From: Burkholderiaceae bacterium
GTDB taxonomy: Bacteria > Pseudomonadota > Gammaproteobacteria > Burkholderiales > Burkholderiaceae
DNA length: 42,733 nt
Direction: 5' to 3'
Assembly (NCBI GenBank): GCA_040377355.1
Contig: JBEIOY010000001.1
Location: 1-42,733 of the forward strand
Part shown: positions 10,152 to 19,751 of the stretch, piece by piece
Position numbering within the stretch: position 1 is the first letter of the stretch
Layout of the letters: each line of letters starts with the position of its first letter
Made by a program: the position numbers and the translations under genes
Notes under the pieces: model-generated
Told to the model about the DNA's origin: nothing
The model's input: only the letters and a program-made list of their open reading frames with translations
Databases searched by the model: none

Positions 10152-11500
10152 AATTCATTGGTGGCAATCGCACAAATAGATTGAAACGACGCGAGCTTTT
10201 AAAAAGAATTGCTCAAACAGGCGCACTCATTTTTTTAGGACCCAGCCAAATTGCTTGGGGCGCAAAACTAATGGCGGTTCGTATTTGGCCAGCAGAAGAT
10301 TACACACGTGTGACTCTAGAGTCCGACGAAGTACTAAAAGTAAGCCATCAACTTCTAACCAATCCACATCGTTTGGTTGTAGACGTTGAAGGACTCGAAC
10401 TCAATAACACCATCAAAGAATTGGTGGCAAAAGTTAATAGCAATGACCCTTACATCGCTCAAGTTCGTGTTGGTCAATTTCAACCGAAAGTTGTTCGCCT
10501 GGTCTTTGACCTCAAAGAAAGCATTCAGCCCCAGTTATTTACTTTAGACCCAGTGGGTAGCTATCAAAATCGCTTGGTGTTTGATTTATATCCTACCGTT
10601 GCAAACGACCCCTTGATGGAGTTGGTGCGTCAGAGCGCCAAAAAAGAGGCTGCCTTAGATGCTGATGACCCGATTGGTGCGATTGCCAGAAGAGAAGTTC
10701 AAAAAGCAGAAGCCAATAAATCCATTAAGCCCAATGAAATCGCCAAATCTGATAACAAGCCAGATAGCAAATCAGGCAAACCCAGTCATCGCAGACTTTT
10801 AACCATTGCGATCGACCCTGGGCATGGTGGTGAAGATCCTGGAGCGATTGGCAAGAGAGGCTCCCGAGAAAAAGATATCGTCTTGGCTATCTCGCACAGA
10901 CTGAAGCAAAAAATTGAAGCAGAGCCTGATATGCGCTCCTACTTAACGCGTGATGGCGATTACTTCGTACCGCTGCATGTGCGGGTCAATAAAGCACGTC
11001 GTGTTCAAGCAGATTTGTTTGTATCTATTCACGCGGATGCTTTTATCAAACCCAATGCACGAGGTGCTTCGGTATTTGCTCTGTCACAACATGGAGCAAC
11101 CAGCACTGCAGCCAGGTGGTTGGCTAACAAAGAAAATGGTGCGGATTTGATTGGGGGTCTGAATATCAAAACACAAGATAAGCAAGTCGCTCAATTACTT
11201 CTTGACATGTCCACAACTGCGCAAATCAAAGACAGCTTAAAGCTGGGCGACGCTGTTCTAAAACAAATTGGTGGCTTTGCAAAACTACATAAACCACAAG
11301 TTGAACAAGCCAGTTTTGCGGTTCTCAAGGCGCCTGATGTTCCATCGATATTGATTGAGACTGCATTCATCAGCAACCCTGAAGAAGAGTCTCGATTAAA
11401 TGATCATGAATACCAAGAACAGATTGCTCAAGCCATTCTGAGAGGCATTCGCAACTACTTTGCCAAGAACCCACCGGTGGCAAAAAGTAGGCAAATCTAG
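10148..11500 (+). CDS. amiC: N-acetylmuramoyl-L-alanine amidase (Tat signal, AMIN and Amidase_3 domains)
   Basis: KRRELL twin-arginine leader, IDPGHGGEDPGA, FVSIHAD, ILIETAFISN. Confidence 0.94.
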   Translation: MKFIGGNRTNRLKRRELLKRIAQTGALIFLGPSQIAWGAKLMAVRIWPAEDYTRVTLESDEVLKVSHQLLTNPHRLVVDVEGLELNNTIKELVAKVNSNDPYIAQVRVGQFQPKVVRLVFDLKESIQPQLFTLDPVGSYQNRLVFDLYPTVANDPLMELVRQSAKKEAALDADDPIGAIARREVQKAEANKSIKPNEIAKSDNKPDSKSGKPSHRRLLTIAIDPGHGGEDPGAIGKRGSREKDIVLAISHRLKQKIEAEPDMRSYLTRDGDYFVPLHVRVNKARRVQADLFVSIHADAFIKPNARGASVFALSQHGATSTAARWLANKENGADLIGGLNIKTQDKQVAQLLLDMSTTAQIKDSLKLGDAVLKQIGGFAKLHKPQVEQASFAVLKAPDVPSILIETAFISNPEEESRLNDHEYQEQIAQAILRGIRNYFAKNPPVAKSRQI

Positions 11501-11520
11501 CTCTAATTTAAAAAGTCCGC

Positions 11521-11526
11521 TATAAT
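11521..11526 (+). promoter_or_regulatory. -10 element of the tRNA-Lys promoter
   Basis: Perfect TATAAT 18 nt upstream of the tRNA. Confidence 0.6.
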
Positions 11527-11544
11527 CTTTTTTTTTGCAAGATT

Positions 11545-11620
11545 GGGTCGGTAGCTCAGTCGGTAGAGCAGCGGACTTTTAATCCGTTGGTCGCGAGTTC
11601 GAATCTCGCCCGACCCACCA
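11545..11620 (+). tRNA. tRNA-Lys(TTT)
   Basis: 76 nt; GGGTCGG/CCGACCC acceptor stem, AGCTCAGTCGGTAGAGC D arm, anticodon loop CTTTTAA, GTTCGAATC T loop, encoded CCA. Confidence 0.98.
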
Positions 11621-11626
11621 GAATAC

Positions 11627-11658
11627 AAAAAGCCTCATCATTTTGATGGGGCTTTTTT
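11627..11658. terminator. Intrinsic terminator, probably bidirectional
   Basis: AAAAAGCCTCATCA-TTT-TGATGGGGCTTTTTT hairpin between the tRNA and a convergent gene. Confidence 0.85.
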
Positions 11659-11698
11659 ATTACTTAGATCTTTACAAGTTAAATAAGGTAGCAAAACT

Positions 11699-12133
11699 CT
11701 AATCTTTGATGGCTGGATAGCGTTTACGAACAAACCTTAAAAGACATGGGCCCAACAAAGAAGAAATGCCGTGCCGATACTTGGCAAAAAACCAATAACT
11801 GGGTTTTAGGATCGGCATCATCCAAGATCTCGTAAAAATCCATGCCAATGTTTTCAAATCAGCTCTGCGATAAGCCTCACCAAAAACAGCCACGCCATTG
11901 ATGGGGGCCTCTCCTTCTACTTGGCCATACATCTTGGCCAAGGCATCTTTGCAAGACACGCCGACTTTTTGAGGATCATAGTTCGCAGAATTGATATCAA
12001 CAAAGCTCATTAAGCCAGCTTGATTGCGTGACTTTAAAAAAGTGATCTCTGCCAAACACAAAGGGCAAGCACCATCATAAAAAAGCGTGAACGGCTTCAT
12101 TGAATCGATTAGTGAGTTAGCAGGTGAGCTCAT
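11699..12133 (-). CDS. DCC1-like thiol-disulfide oxidoreductase (DUF393)
   Basis: FYDGACPLC..EI (DxxCxxC) and Y.FFAKYRH.IS motifs. Confidence 0.9.
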   Translation of the reverse strand: MSSPANSLIDSMKPFTLFYDGACPLCLAEITFLKSRNQAGLMSFVDINSANYDPQKVGVSCKDALAKMYGQVEGEAPINGVAVFGEAYRRADLKTLAWIFTRSWMMPILKPSYWFFAKYRHGISSLLGPCLLRFVRKRYPAIKD

Positions 12134-12249
12134 AAAAATCAGTGTAATCTTTATTAAGGGCTTTCGCTTTTAGGGGTTTTGATGGGCAATCACACAAGCA
12201 ATAGAAAACCAATACACTGATGTCATTCTTAATACATTGATTGAATTTC

Positions 12250-12660
12250 ATGACACTCAAACAAGCCCACAATCACGCATCCCAAGAGGTCACCCTCAAT
12301 GTGTTTGGTGAACCCATCGTCCCCTGCTCATTCGATCCACTCACGGGATTTTTTAGGGATGGCTGTTGCAAAACAGATGCTCAAGACAAAGGTAGTCATT
12401 TGGTGTGTGCAGTTGTTACAGATGAGTTTTTAAAATTCAGCCTTCAAAGAGGCAATGACCTAATCACGCCTCGACCAGAATGGGCATTTCAAGGCTTGGT
12501 GGCTGGTGATCAGTGGTGCTTGTGCTTGAATCGCTGGAAAGAAGCTCTTGAAGCCAATTGCGCACCCATGATTCAACTTGAAAGCACCCACATCAATGCT
12601 CTTGAATTCGTTGACCTTGAAACTCTCAAGCAATATGCAGTCAAGGGTGCACTGATTTAA
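12250..12660 (+). CDS. DUF2237 family protein
   Basis: LNVFGEP..PCS.DPLTGFFRDGCC, H.VCA, GNDL.TPRPE, GD.WCLC..RW motifs. Confidence 0.9.
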   Translation: MTLKQAHNHASQEVTLNVFGEPIVPCSFDPLTGFFRDGCCKTDAQDKGSHLVCAVVTDEFLKFSLQRGNDLITPRPEWAFQGLVAGDQWCLCLNRWKEALEANCAPMIQLESTHINALEFVDLETLKQYAVKGALI

Positions 12661-12784
12661 TTGGGCATTCAATAAAAACCCCATAAGAAACTTGCCTCAC
12701 CAAAAATTCATTTTGATTGGATTGAATAAATATGGCTTAATATGGAAGAGTAAACATATTAATTAAGTCACTAAGGGAGATTCA

Positions 12785-13213
12785 ATGAAAGTTCTTGTAT
12801 CGATTGACGGCTCAAAGCACAGCATCAAAGCAATTGATTATTTGATTAAAAATGCATCTATGTTTGAAGGCAAAGGATCAGGCTTAATCGTTTTGCATGT
12901 TGAACCAAACGTCATCCCACCTGAAGTTACGCAATATATTTCTAAAAAATCAATCGCTGACTGGTACGCCGATCAAAGCAAGGCTGCCATCAAAGCAGCC
13001 ACTGCCAAATTAGACAAGGCAAAAGTGCCTTACAAACTTATCCAGAAAATTGGTCACGTTGCTGACACCATCCTCGCTGAAACCAAAACAACCAAAGCAG
13101 AAATGATTGTGATGGGCTCTCATGGTCGTAGTTCTTTGATGAGTCTTGTGATGGGTTCAGTGACTTCACAAGTACTGGCTCAATCTAAGCAACCAGTTTT
13201 GATCATTAAATAA
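12785..13213 (+). CDS. Universal stress protein (UspA family)
   Basis: MKVLVSIDGS, IVMGSHGR...GSVT..VL....PVL; GGGAG ribosome-binding site. Confidence 0.95.
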   Translation: MKVLVSIDGSKHSIKAIDYLIKNASMFEGKGSGLIVLHVEPNVIPPEVTQYISKKSIADWYADQSKAAIKAATAKLDKAKVPYKLIQKIGHVADTILAETKTTKAEMIVMGSHGRSSLMSLVMGSVTSQVLAQSKQPVLIIK

Positions 13214-13247
13214 TTAAAATCAAAACAGCTGAACCAAAGCTAGTTAA

Positions 13248-13296
13248 CAAAAAGCCACTTAGCAAAAAGCCACTTAGTCAACTAAGTGGCTTTTTT
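13248..13296. terminator. Bidirectional terminator with a tandemly duplicated 15-bp left arm
   Basis: CAAAAAGCCACTTAG twice (13248-13277), TCAA loop, then CTAAGTGGCTTTTTT. Confidence 0.85.
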
Positions 13297-13327
13297 AATA
13301 CATTGTTAATTTTTTATTAGCTCTTTA

Positions 13328-13939
13328 TTACTTTTTCTTACCCAAACGACCTTCTGTGCCATTCAATAAATTTTTAATGTTTGAGCGATGACGCCAAATT
13401 AATAAAGCGCTCATCAGAAAAATTGCCAAAGCCATTGGCTGAATACCGAATAAGAAAACAAAATATACTGGGGCAAACAATGCTGCGATCAAAGCTGCCA
13501 ACGATGAGTATCTTAAGAAAACTGCCACGATCAACCAGGTTGATAATGTTGTCAGTCCCAGCACCCAATTGATGGCCAAAAGAATACCCAAGGCTGTGGC
13601 AACCCCCTTACCGCCCTTAAAGCCATGAAAAACCGGGAACACGTGGCCTAGAAATGTAGCTACGGCCACCATTGGCAAAACCCAAGAGTCAATATCAACT
13701 CCGACCAAAGCTCTGGCAAGCGCCACTGCCACATATCCTTTAGCAGCATCGCCTAAAAGAGTTAGTACGGCCGCAGCCTTGCTACCTGTTCTCAATACAT
13801 TGGTGGCTCCCGGATTGCCAGAGCCATAACTATGAGGATCAGGCAAACCCATGAGCTTACTGACAACCACTGCAAATGAAATAGAACCAATTAAATACGC
13901 CATTAACACTACTAAACCACTGAACATGAATTGGTTCAT
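13328..13939 (-). CDS. plsY: Glycerol-3-phosphate 1-O-acyltransferase
   Basis: [19 protein letters not shown]...[17 protein letters not shown] motifs. Confidence 0.97.
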   Translation of the reverse strand: MNQFMFSGLVVLMAYLIGSISFAVVVSKLMGLPDPHSYGSGNPGATNVLRTGSKAAAVLTLLGDAAKGYVAVALARALVGVDIDSWVLPMVAVATFLGHVFPVFHGFKGGKGVATALGILLAINWVLGLTTLSTWLIVAVFLRYSSLAALIAALFAPVYFVFLFGIQPMALAIFLMSALLIWRHRSNIKNLLNGTEGRLGKKK

Positions 13940-14931
13940 ATGCTTGCCCTTGGATGATGCTGTTGATGAATACTTTTTAAACGTTCACGCGCCACATGAG
14001 TGTAAATCTGAGTCGTTGAAATATCTGCATGACCCAATAATAATTGCACCACCCTCAAATCAGCACCATGATTCAATAAATGAGTGGCAAAGGCGTGACG
14101 AAGCGTGTGTGGTGACAATGGGACGTTGATATTGGCAATCGTGGCATATCGCTTGATGATGTGCCAAAAAGCTTGGCGCGTCATGCCATCCCCCGTATGA
14201 CGCGCTAAAAATAAATACTGGCTGGAACTATTTTGCTTTGATGCACTGAGAAGCTGAGGTCTGGATTCATCAAGGTACCTCTTTAACCATGAGGCAGCTT
14301 CCATGCCAAAAGGCACCAATCTCTCTTTGCCGCCTTTGCCGCTCACCACCCTGACAACACCTTCATTCAAGCCAACCTCAATGGTTTTTAGTGCAACTAT
14401 CTCTGAGACTCGCAAACCGCTGGCATACATCAACTCAAGCATGGTTCTGTCGCGGATCCCCAATGATGTATCTAAATCGGGTGCGGCGAGCAAAGACTCA
14501 ACCTGCAACTCGCTGAGTGTTTTCGGAAAACGTGGCGCTTGTTTTGCAGCTCTTAGATTAAGGCAGGGGTCTGCTTTGATTAAATTTTTACGTATACCTA
14601 AACGATAGAAACGCCTCAAGACAGTCAAACGACGATTGGCTGTGGTGGCCTTATCTGAACGCCTATGAGCAATGTAGGCCATCACATCAGCAGCATTAAC
14701 TTCATAGATAAACTTTTGACGATCAGCATCCAACCATTTTGAAAAAATATTCAAATCCTGTCGGTAGGCGCTCAGAGTATTTTTAGACAGTCCGTCCTCT
14801 AACCAGCAAGCATCGCAGAAGATATCAACCGCTTCCATGCTTCTGATCAAGACCTTACTCAAAGGAGCATCATCCTGATATTGCTCTCTAATATCAGTTT
14901 TTATGCCAGAAGTTGTTTTTTTGACTACCAT
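13936..14931 (-). CDS. xerD: Site-specific tyrosine recombinase XerD
   Basis: [68 protein letters not shown]. Confidence 0.96.
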   Translation of the reverse strand: MVVKKTTSGIKTDIREQYQDDAPLSKVLIRSMEAVDIFCDACWLEDGLSKNTLSAYRQDLNIFSKWLDADRQKFIYEVNAADVMAYIAHRRSDKATTANRRLTVLRRFYRLGIRKNLIKADPCLNLRAAKQAPRFPKTLSELQVESLLAAPDLDTSLGIRDRTMLELMYASGLRVSEIVALKTIEVGLNEGVVRVVSGKGGKERLVPFGMEAASWLKRYLDESRPQLLSASKQNSSSQYLFLARHTGDGMTRQAFWHIIKRYATIANINVPLSPHTLRHAFATHLLNHGADLRVVQLLLGHADISTTQIYTHVARERLKSIHQQHHPRASI

Positions 14932-14957
14932 TGAGCTTTTATTCTAAAAGAGACCCT

Positions 14958-15848
14958 GTGAATCCTGCATTTTTACTGCTACCAGACTTCATGCTCATTT
15001 TGCTGGGTTTCTTGCTGGTACGCTACACAGTTTTAGATAAAACAGTCTGGGAGAGTGTTGAAAAGCTCGTTTATTACGTTCTTTTCCCCGCTCTTTTATT
15101 CCACTCTATCAATCAAACCCATTTTGACTGGGGCGGCACTAGCAACATGCTTTTGGTTGCGGCCGCGGCCTTCTTCATCGCAATGGCTCTTAGCTTTGCC
15201 GCCAAATGGATTTTCAAACCATCTTCTGTGAGCTGGTCATCAGGGTTTCAGACAGCGTTTCGTTTTAACTCTTATATTGCCTTTGCTGCAGCTGGTCGCT
15301 TGGCTGGTGAAGAGGGTGTTGCATTGATGGCTATCACCACTGGATGCTTTGTTCCAGTAGCAAATGGTTTTGCCGTTTGGGCCTTGGCGAAAAATTCTGA
15401 CTCTCACATTTTCAAAGAGCTCTTAAAAAATCCTTTAATTATTGCAACCACACTAGGATTGATCAGCAACGTTCTAGGTCTAAAACTACCTGAACCCATC
15501 GCTCTTGGCATGTCACGTTTAGGGGCTGCATCGATTGGCTTAGGGCTTCTCACTGTTGGCTCTGGTCTGATGTGGATTCAGAGTAAAAAAGATGGTGCTC
15601 TAATTGCTTATTGGAGTGCAATTAAATTATTGGCCATGCCAGCTGTGGCACTTATTTTGGGTCGCTACATGGGCTTATCTCAGGCGCAATTGAACAGTGT
15701 GGTGCTATTTGCTGCTATGCCAACTGCCACAACAGCTTATGTTTTAGCCAATCGCATGGGTGGTGACGGAGCTTTGGTGGCTGTGTGCATTTCAATCATG
15801 ACCATTGCTGCTGCAGTCACGCTACCGCTGTGGCTCCTGCTGCTTTAA
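14958..15848 (+). CDS. AEC family transporter
   Basis: YY.LFPALLF, FRFNSY, KNPLIIAT, MPTA..AY.LA.RMGGDG; about 10 TM segments. GTG start at 14958 preferred. Confidence 0.88.
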   Translation: MNPAFLLLPDFMLILLGFLLVRYTVLDKTVWESVEKLVYYVLFPALLFHSINQTHFDWGGTSNMLLVAAAAFFIAMALSFAAKWIFKPSSVSWSSGFQTAFRFNSYIAFAAAGRLAGEEGVALMAITTGCFVPVANGFAVWALAKNSDSHIFKELLKNPLIIATTLGLISNVLGLKLPEPIALGMSRLGAASIGLGLLTVGSGLMWIQSKKDGALIAYWSAIKLLAMPAVALILGRYMGLSQAQLNSVVLFAAMPTATTAYVLANRMGGDGALVAVCISIMTIAAAVTLPLWLLLL

Positions 15849-15891
15849 TCATCAAAAACTTTTTCTGATCAACAGATTTTTCAATCTAGTA

Positions 15892-15912
15892 CTTAAATCT
15901 TAGATCTTAGAT
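15892..15912. repeat. 7-bp tandem repeat, three copies (CTTAAAT CTTAGAT CTTAGAT)
   Basis: Read directly; abuts the murB stop codon. Confidence 0.7.
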
Positions 15913-16934
15913 CATTGATAAATGATCGGCTCAATCGTTAAAGAAACATCAAATGTTTCTTTAACTTTTTGCGTAATCGCATCGGCTAAGCCAAGTAATT
16001 CAAGCCCCGTGCCACCACCATGATGAATCAAGACCAAAGCTTGCTTTTCATAAACGCCCACATGGCCCTGACGCTGACCTTTGAAGCCACACTGATCAAT
16101 CAACCAGCCAGCCGCTAATTTCCAGTCACCCTCAGGATTACTCGCATCAGCCGGGTAGCTGACCATCAATGGGAATTGCTTCTTTAACTCAAGATGCTGC
16201 CGATGACCCACAACAGGGTTGTGGAAAAAACTACCTGCGTTACCAATCACTTGAGGATCTGGCAACTTCGCCTGACGAATCTCGCACACTTTTTCAAAGA
16301 TGTCTTTGGCTAAAACTTTTTCTTGATTATTGAAGGCCTTATTCAGTTCTGCATAAGAGAGATTGGCCCGCCACTCCTTAGAGAGTGCAAAACAAACCGA
16401 AATAACCACATAACGTCCTGGCTGCTTTTTAAAAATACTGTTTCTATATGAAAAATCGCATTGCTCTTTAGATAATTTGATGAACTTATTACTCAAAGTG
16501 TCATAAGCGCAAAGACTGTCAAATAACTGCGCTAATTCCAAGCCATAGGCGCCAATGTTTTGAATGGGTGCCGCACCCACCGTTCCTGGAATAAGGGCTA
16601 AATTCTCAAGCCCGTCATAGTTATTTTCTAAAGACCAAAGTACTAGCTCATGCCAAGATTCCCCTGCCATCGCTTCAATATAAAAATGCGTGGCAGTTTC
16701 TTTTAATAGTTGGCGCCCTTTGATTTCCATCAAACCGGTATAACCGACCAAGTCTTTAGCAAGAACCAAATTACTGCCACCGCCAAAGATTTGCCAAGGA
16801 GCGTTGTCTTTTTGGGCCTTTTGAATCAATTCAGGCACATCCACAACTTCGGTCAAATGGACCAAAAACTGGGCAGAGACATCAAAACCAAAGGTATTGT
16901 GTTCGCTTAATGTGGCATTTAATTCAATCTTCAT
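15912..16934 (-). CDS. murB: UDP-N-acetylmuramate dehydrogenase
   Basis: GGGSN, GLENL.LIPGTVGAAPIQNIGAYG, FSYRNS.FK, GNAGSFF.NP, QALVL. Confidence 0.97.
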   Translation of the reverse strand: MKIELNATLSEHNTFGFDVSAQFLVHLTEVVDVPELIQKAQKDNAPWQIFGGGSNLVLAKDLVGYTGLMEIKGRQLLKETATHFYIEAMAGESWHELVLWSLENNYDGLENLALIPGTVGAAPIQNIGAYGLELAQLFDSLCAYDTLSNKFIKLSKEQCDFSYRNSIFKKQPGRYVVISVCFALSKEWRANLSYAELNKAFNNQEKVLAKDIFEKVCEIRQAKLPDPQVIGNAGSFFHNPVVGHRQHLELKKQFPLMVSYPADASNPEGDWKLAAGWLIDQCGFKGQRQGHVGVYEKQALVLIHHGGGTGLELLGLADAITQKVKETFDVSLTIEPIIYQ

Positions 16935-16983
16935 GCCACAATCTTAACTGTGATTAACTTTTCAATTGATTTTTAGGTGACCC

Positions 16984-17469
16984 ATGCCCTCATTTGACGT
17001 TGTATGTGAACCAGACATGATTGAAGTAAAAAATGCTCTGGAACAAGCCAATAAAGAAATTTCTACGCGCTTTGACTTCAAAGGCTCTGATGCCAGAATT
17101 GAACACAAAGGTGAAGAGCTCACTCTTTTTGGTGACGATGACTTTAAGTTACGACAAGTACGCGATGTGCTATTGGCCAAATTAGCCAAGCGCAATGTGG
17201 ATGTGCGCTTTCTCAAAGACGGCAAGCTTGAAAAGATTTCAGGCGACAAGCTCAAACAAATTGTTGAGATTCAAAAAGGTATCAACACAGAGCTTGCCAA
17301 GAAGATTGTGCGCATCATCAAAGACAGCAAGATCAAGGTTCAAGCGAGCATTCAAGGTGATGCGGTGCGCGTCACGGGCACCAAGAGAGATGATCTTCAA
17401 ACAACCATGGCGATGCTTCGCAAGGACGTTGAAGATGCACCGCTGAACTTTAATAACTTTAGAGACTAA
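16984..17469 (+). CDS. yajQ: YajQ family nucleotide/c-di-GMP-binding protein
   Basis: MPSFDVV, RFDFKG, IQGD.VRVTG.KRDDLQ, F.NFRD. Confidence 0.96.
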   Translation: MPSFDVVCEPDMIEVKNALEQANKEISTRFDFKGSDARIEHKGEELTLFGDDDFKLRQVRDVLLAKLAKRNVDVRFLKDGKLEKISGDKLKQIVEIQKGINTELAKKIVRIIKDSKIKVQASIQGDAVRVTGTKRDDLQTTMAMLRKDVEDAPLNFNNFRD

Positions 17470-17488
17470 TTTAAAAAAAATCAGAAAT

Positions 17489-17527
17489 AAAAAACCTCTT
17501 GGTCTATTCAACCAAGAGGTTTTTTTT
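17489..17527. terminator. Bidirectional intrinsic terminator
   Basis: AAAAAACCTCTTGGT...ACCAAGAGGTTTTTTTT between convergent yajQ and sodB. Confidence 0.9.
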
Positions 17528-17595
17528 AGTTCAAACTAACTCAACTTTGGCGCCAGGAACTCAAAACTTAAAGTTCGGCGCTCAAGCTTTAAAAC

Positions 17596-18174
17596 TTAAG
17601 CCAAGTTCTTTGCTACAAAGTCCCAGTTAACCAAGTTCCAGAATGCCTCAACATATTTTGGACGGGCATTGCGGTAGTCAACGTAGTAAGCATGCTCCCA
17701 AACGTCACATGTCAACAAAGGCTTGGCATCTGTTGTCAAAGGTGTTGCAGCGTTGCTGGTTGAAACTAAATCAAGAGTACCGTCTGACTTCTTCACCAAC
17801 CAAGCCCAACCTGAACCAAATGTACCAACAGCACACTTTGTGAACTCTTCTTTGAATTTATCAAAAGAACCAAACTTTGCATTGATGGCATCAGCCAATG
17901 CGCCTGTTGGAGCGCCGCCACCGTTTGGCTTCAAACCCATCCAGTAAAAAGTGTGGTTCCACACTTGAGCAGAATTATTGAACACACCACCTGAAGATTT
18001 TTTAACGATATCTTCTAAACTCATTGATTCAAATTCTGTGCCCTTGATCAAGTTATTCAAGTTGGTGGCATAGGTTTGATGATGCTTACCGTAATGGAAT
18101 TCCAAAGTTTCTTTAGAAATGTGTGGTGCCAATGCATCAAGTGCATAAGGTAACTGCGGCAATGTGTGTTCCAT
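17596..18174 (-). CDS. sodB: Superoxide dismutase [Fe]
   Basis: H..KHH..Y, AQVWNH (Fe-type), [15 protein letters not shown]. Confidence 0.96.
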   Translation of the reverse strand: MEHTLPQLPYALDALAPHISKETLEFHYGKHHQTYATNLNNLIKGTEFESMSLEDIVKKSSGGVFNNSAQVWNHTFYWMGLKPNGGGAPTGALADAINAKFGSFDKFKEEFTKCAVGTFGSGWAWLVKKSDGTLDLVSTSNAATPLTTDAKPLLTCDVWEHAYYVDYRNARPKYVEAFWNLVNWDFVAKNLA

Positions 18175-18223
18175 AAAATCTCCTATTGATTCTTGAGTGG
18201 TGTAACTGAACTAAAACGTTATT

Positions 18224-19456
18224 CTATTCTTTTGAAATTGTTTTTGCCGAAAGGCTCACTTTTGATATTTCAACCTGAGCACTGCCCAGAGCCAAGTGGA
18301 TATCTACTTGATCGCCTTGATTGATGCTCTTTGGATCCCGCACGGCCAGGCCTTGGTTATTCAAAAGAACCGCATACCCTCTGTCCAAGGTTCTTTGTGG
18401 GCTTAAAAGCTCCAGATGGCTGCCCCAATTTCGATGCTTTTCTGAGTACGTATTGATCCTCACTTGCCAGGATTGATTTAAGCGCATAGTCAATTGTTCA
18501 ATCTTTTCTTTCATTCGATCGGCATTTGGCAATGCATGAGAAAGTCTTAGTGACAATTGATCTAAACGCTGAGCTTCTTTATCAATTTTTTGGTTAACGC
18601 GCGTTGACATTTTTTGACTAAGGGCAGTCAAGTCTTGAAGTAAAGCTTGTCGATCAGGCGTGGCCAACTCTGCAGCACCTGTTGGAGTCGGGGCACGTAA
18701 ATCAGCCACAAAATCTGCGATGGTGAAATCGGTTTCATGACCAACCCCAGAAACTAAGGGCACTGGAGATTCGGCAATCACTCGGGCCAAACCCTCATCA
18801 TTGAATGCCCATAAATCTTCAATGCTGCCGCCGCCTCTCACCAAGAGGATGACGTCAATTTCATCGGCTTTATGAGCCGCATAGGCGGCCTCCAGGGCTT
18901 TGATCAGAGCTGGAGGTGCATCCACCCCTTGAACTAAGCTTGGAAAGATTGTGACGGGGATGTGAGGCGCTCTTCTAGCCAAGGTGCTTAGAACATCTTT
19001 CAAAGCTGCGGCTTGTGGAGATGTGATCACTGCAATGCGCCTTGGATGTTTTGCTAGGGTTCGCTTGGCATCTTCATCAAAAAGACCCTCTTTACCCAAC
19101 TTTTCCTTGAGCTTTAAAAAGGCTTCATACAAACCACCTTGGCCAGCCCTGCGCATCATGCCGACGTTTAATTGAAGATCTCCGCGCGGAACATACATAG
19201 AAATGTTAGCGGCCACTTCAACTAAATCGCCTTCTTTAGGTAAAAAACCCACTTGACCATTTCTACCGCGAAACATGACGCAACGAATTTGACCTTCAGC
19301 ATCCTTCAAAGAAAAATACCAATGCCCACTTTCATAGGCCTTGAAGTTAGAAACCTCTCCTCGAACCCATACACTACCGATGCCGTCTTCTAAAACACTG
19401 GCAATAGCGCGGTTCAGATCACCAACCCCAATAATTTCTTTTGATATTTCCGTCAT
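18224..19456 (-). CDS. xseA: Exodeoxyribonuclease VII large subunit
   Basis: GEVSNF...SGHWYF.LKD, RGGGSIEDLWAFN, GVGHETDFT..D.VAD.RAPTPT. Confidence 0.97.
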   Translation of the reverse strand: MTEISKEIIGVGDLNRAIASVLEDGIGSVWVRGEVSNFKAYESGHWYFSLKDAEGQIRCVMFRGRNGQVGFLPKEGDLVEVAANISMYVPRGDLQLNVGMMRRAGQGGLYEAFLKLKEKLGKEGLFDEDAKRTLAKHPRRIAVITSPQAAALKDVLSTLARRAPHIPVTIFPSLVQGVDAPPALIKALEAAYAAHKADEIDVILLVRGGGSIEDLWAFNDEGLARVIAESPVPLVSGVGHETDFTIADFVADLRAPTPTGAAELATPDRQALLQDLTALSQKMSTRVNQKIDKEAQRLDQLSLRLSHALPNADRMKEKIEQLTMRLNQSWQVRINTYSEKHRNWGSHLELLSPQRTLDRGYAVLLNNQGLAVRDPKSINQGDQVDIHLALGSAQVEISKVSLSAKTISKE

Positions 19457-19488
19457 TTGTCCAAGTCAAATAAGTAATTACATGGCTT

Positions 19489-19687
19489 TGCGGTTAAAAA
19501 CTATCCACAGGCCCAATTAAAAAGTAGGGTATCTTTCCCAAACTCCAATTAGAATCAATCACTATCATGCAAGTTATTGATTCTAATATAAATATTAAAT
19601 TTATAATTTTTGAAAATTTAAACTCACAACCAAGAATCAAGGGCTTACAGCACATCTTAAAGAAAGTTTTTCACATAGTTATCCACA
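19489..19687. promoter_or_regulatory. Cluster of DnaA boxes flanking two IHF consensus sites and an AT-rich core
   Basis: CTATCCACA 19501-19509, TTTTTCACA 19667-19675, TTATCCACA 19679-19687; WATCAANNNNTTR matches at 19570-19582 (minus) and 19635-19647 (plus). Confidence 0.65.
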
Positions 19688-19751
19688 AGCTTGATGCATT
19701 TTTCCGCGAACCTTTGAGTCCAACATAACTCCATCGTTTAAAGTATAGGGT

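Noticed and set aside
12710-12730. Possible FNR box upstream of the USP gene (TTGAT-TGGA-TTGAA)
   Set aside because: The second half-site matches only 3 of 5 positions in AT-rich DNA.
13936-14931. Tyrosine recombinase near a tRNA as a possible island integrase
   Set aside because: The sequence is typical housekeeping XerD coupled to plsY, and no duplicated tRNA-Lys 3' end (att site) was seen.
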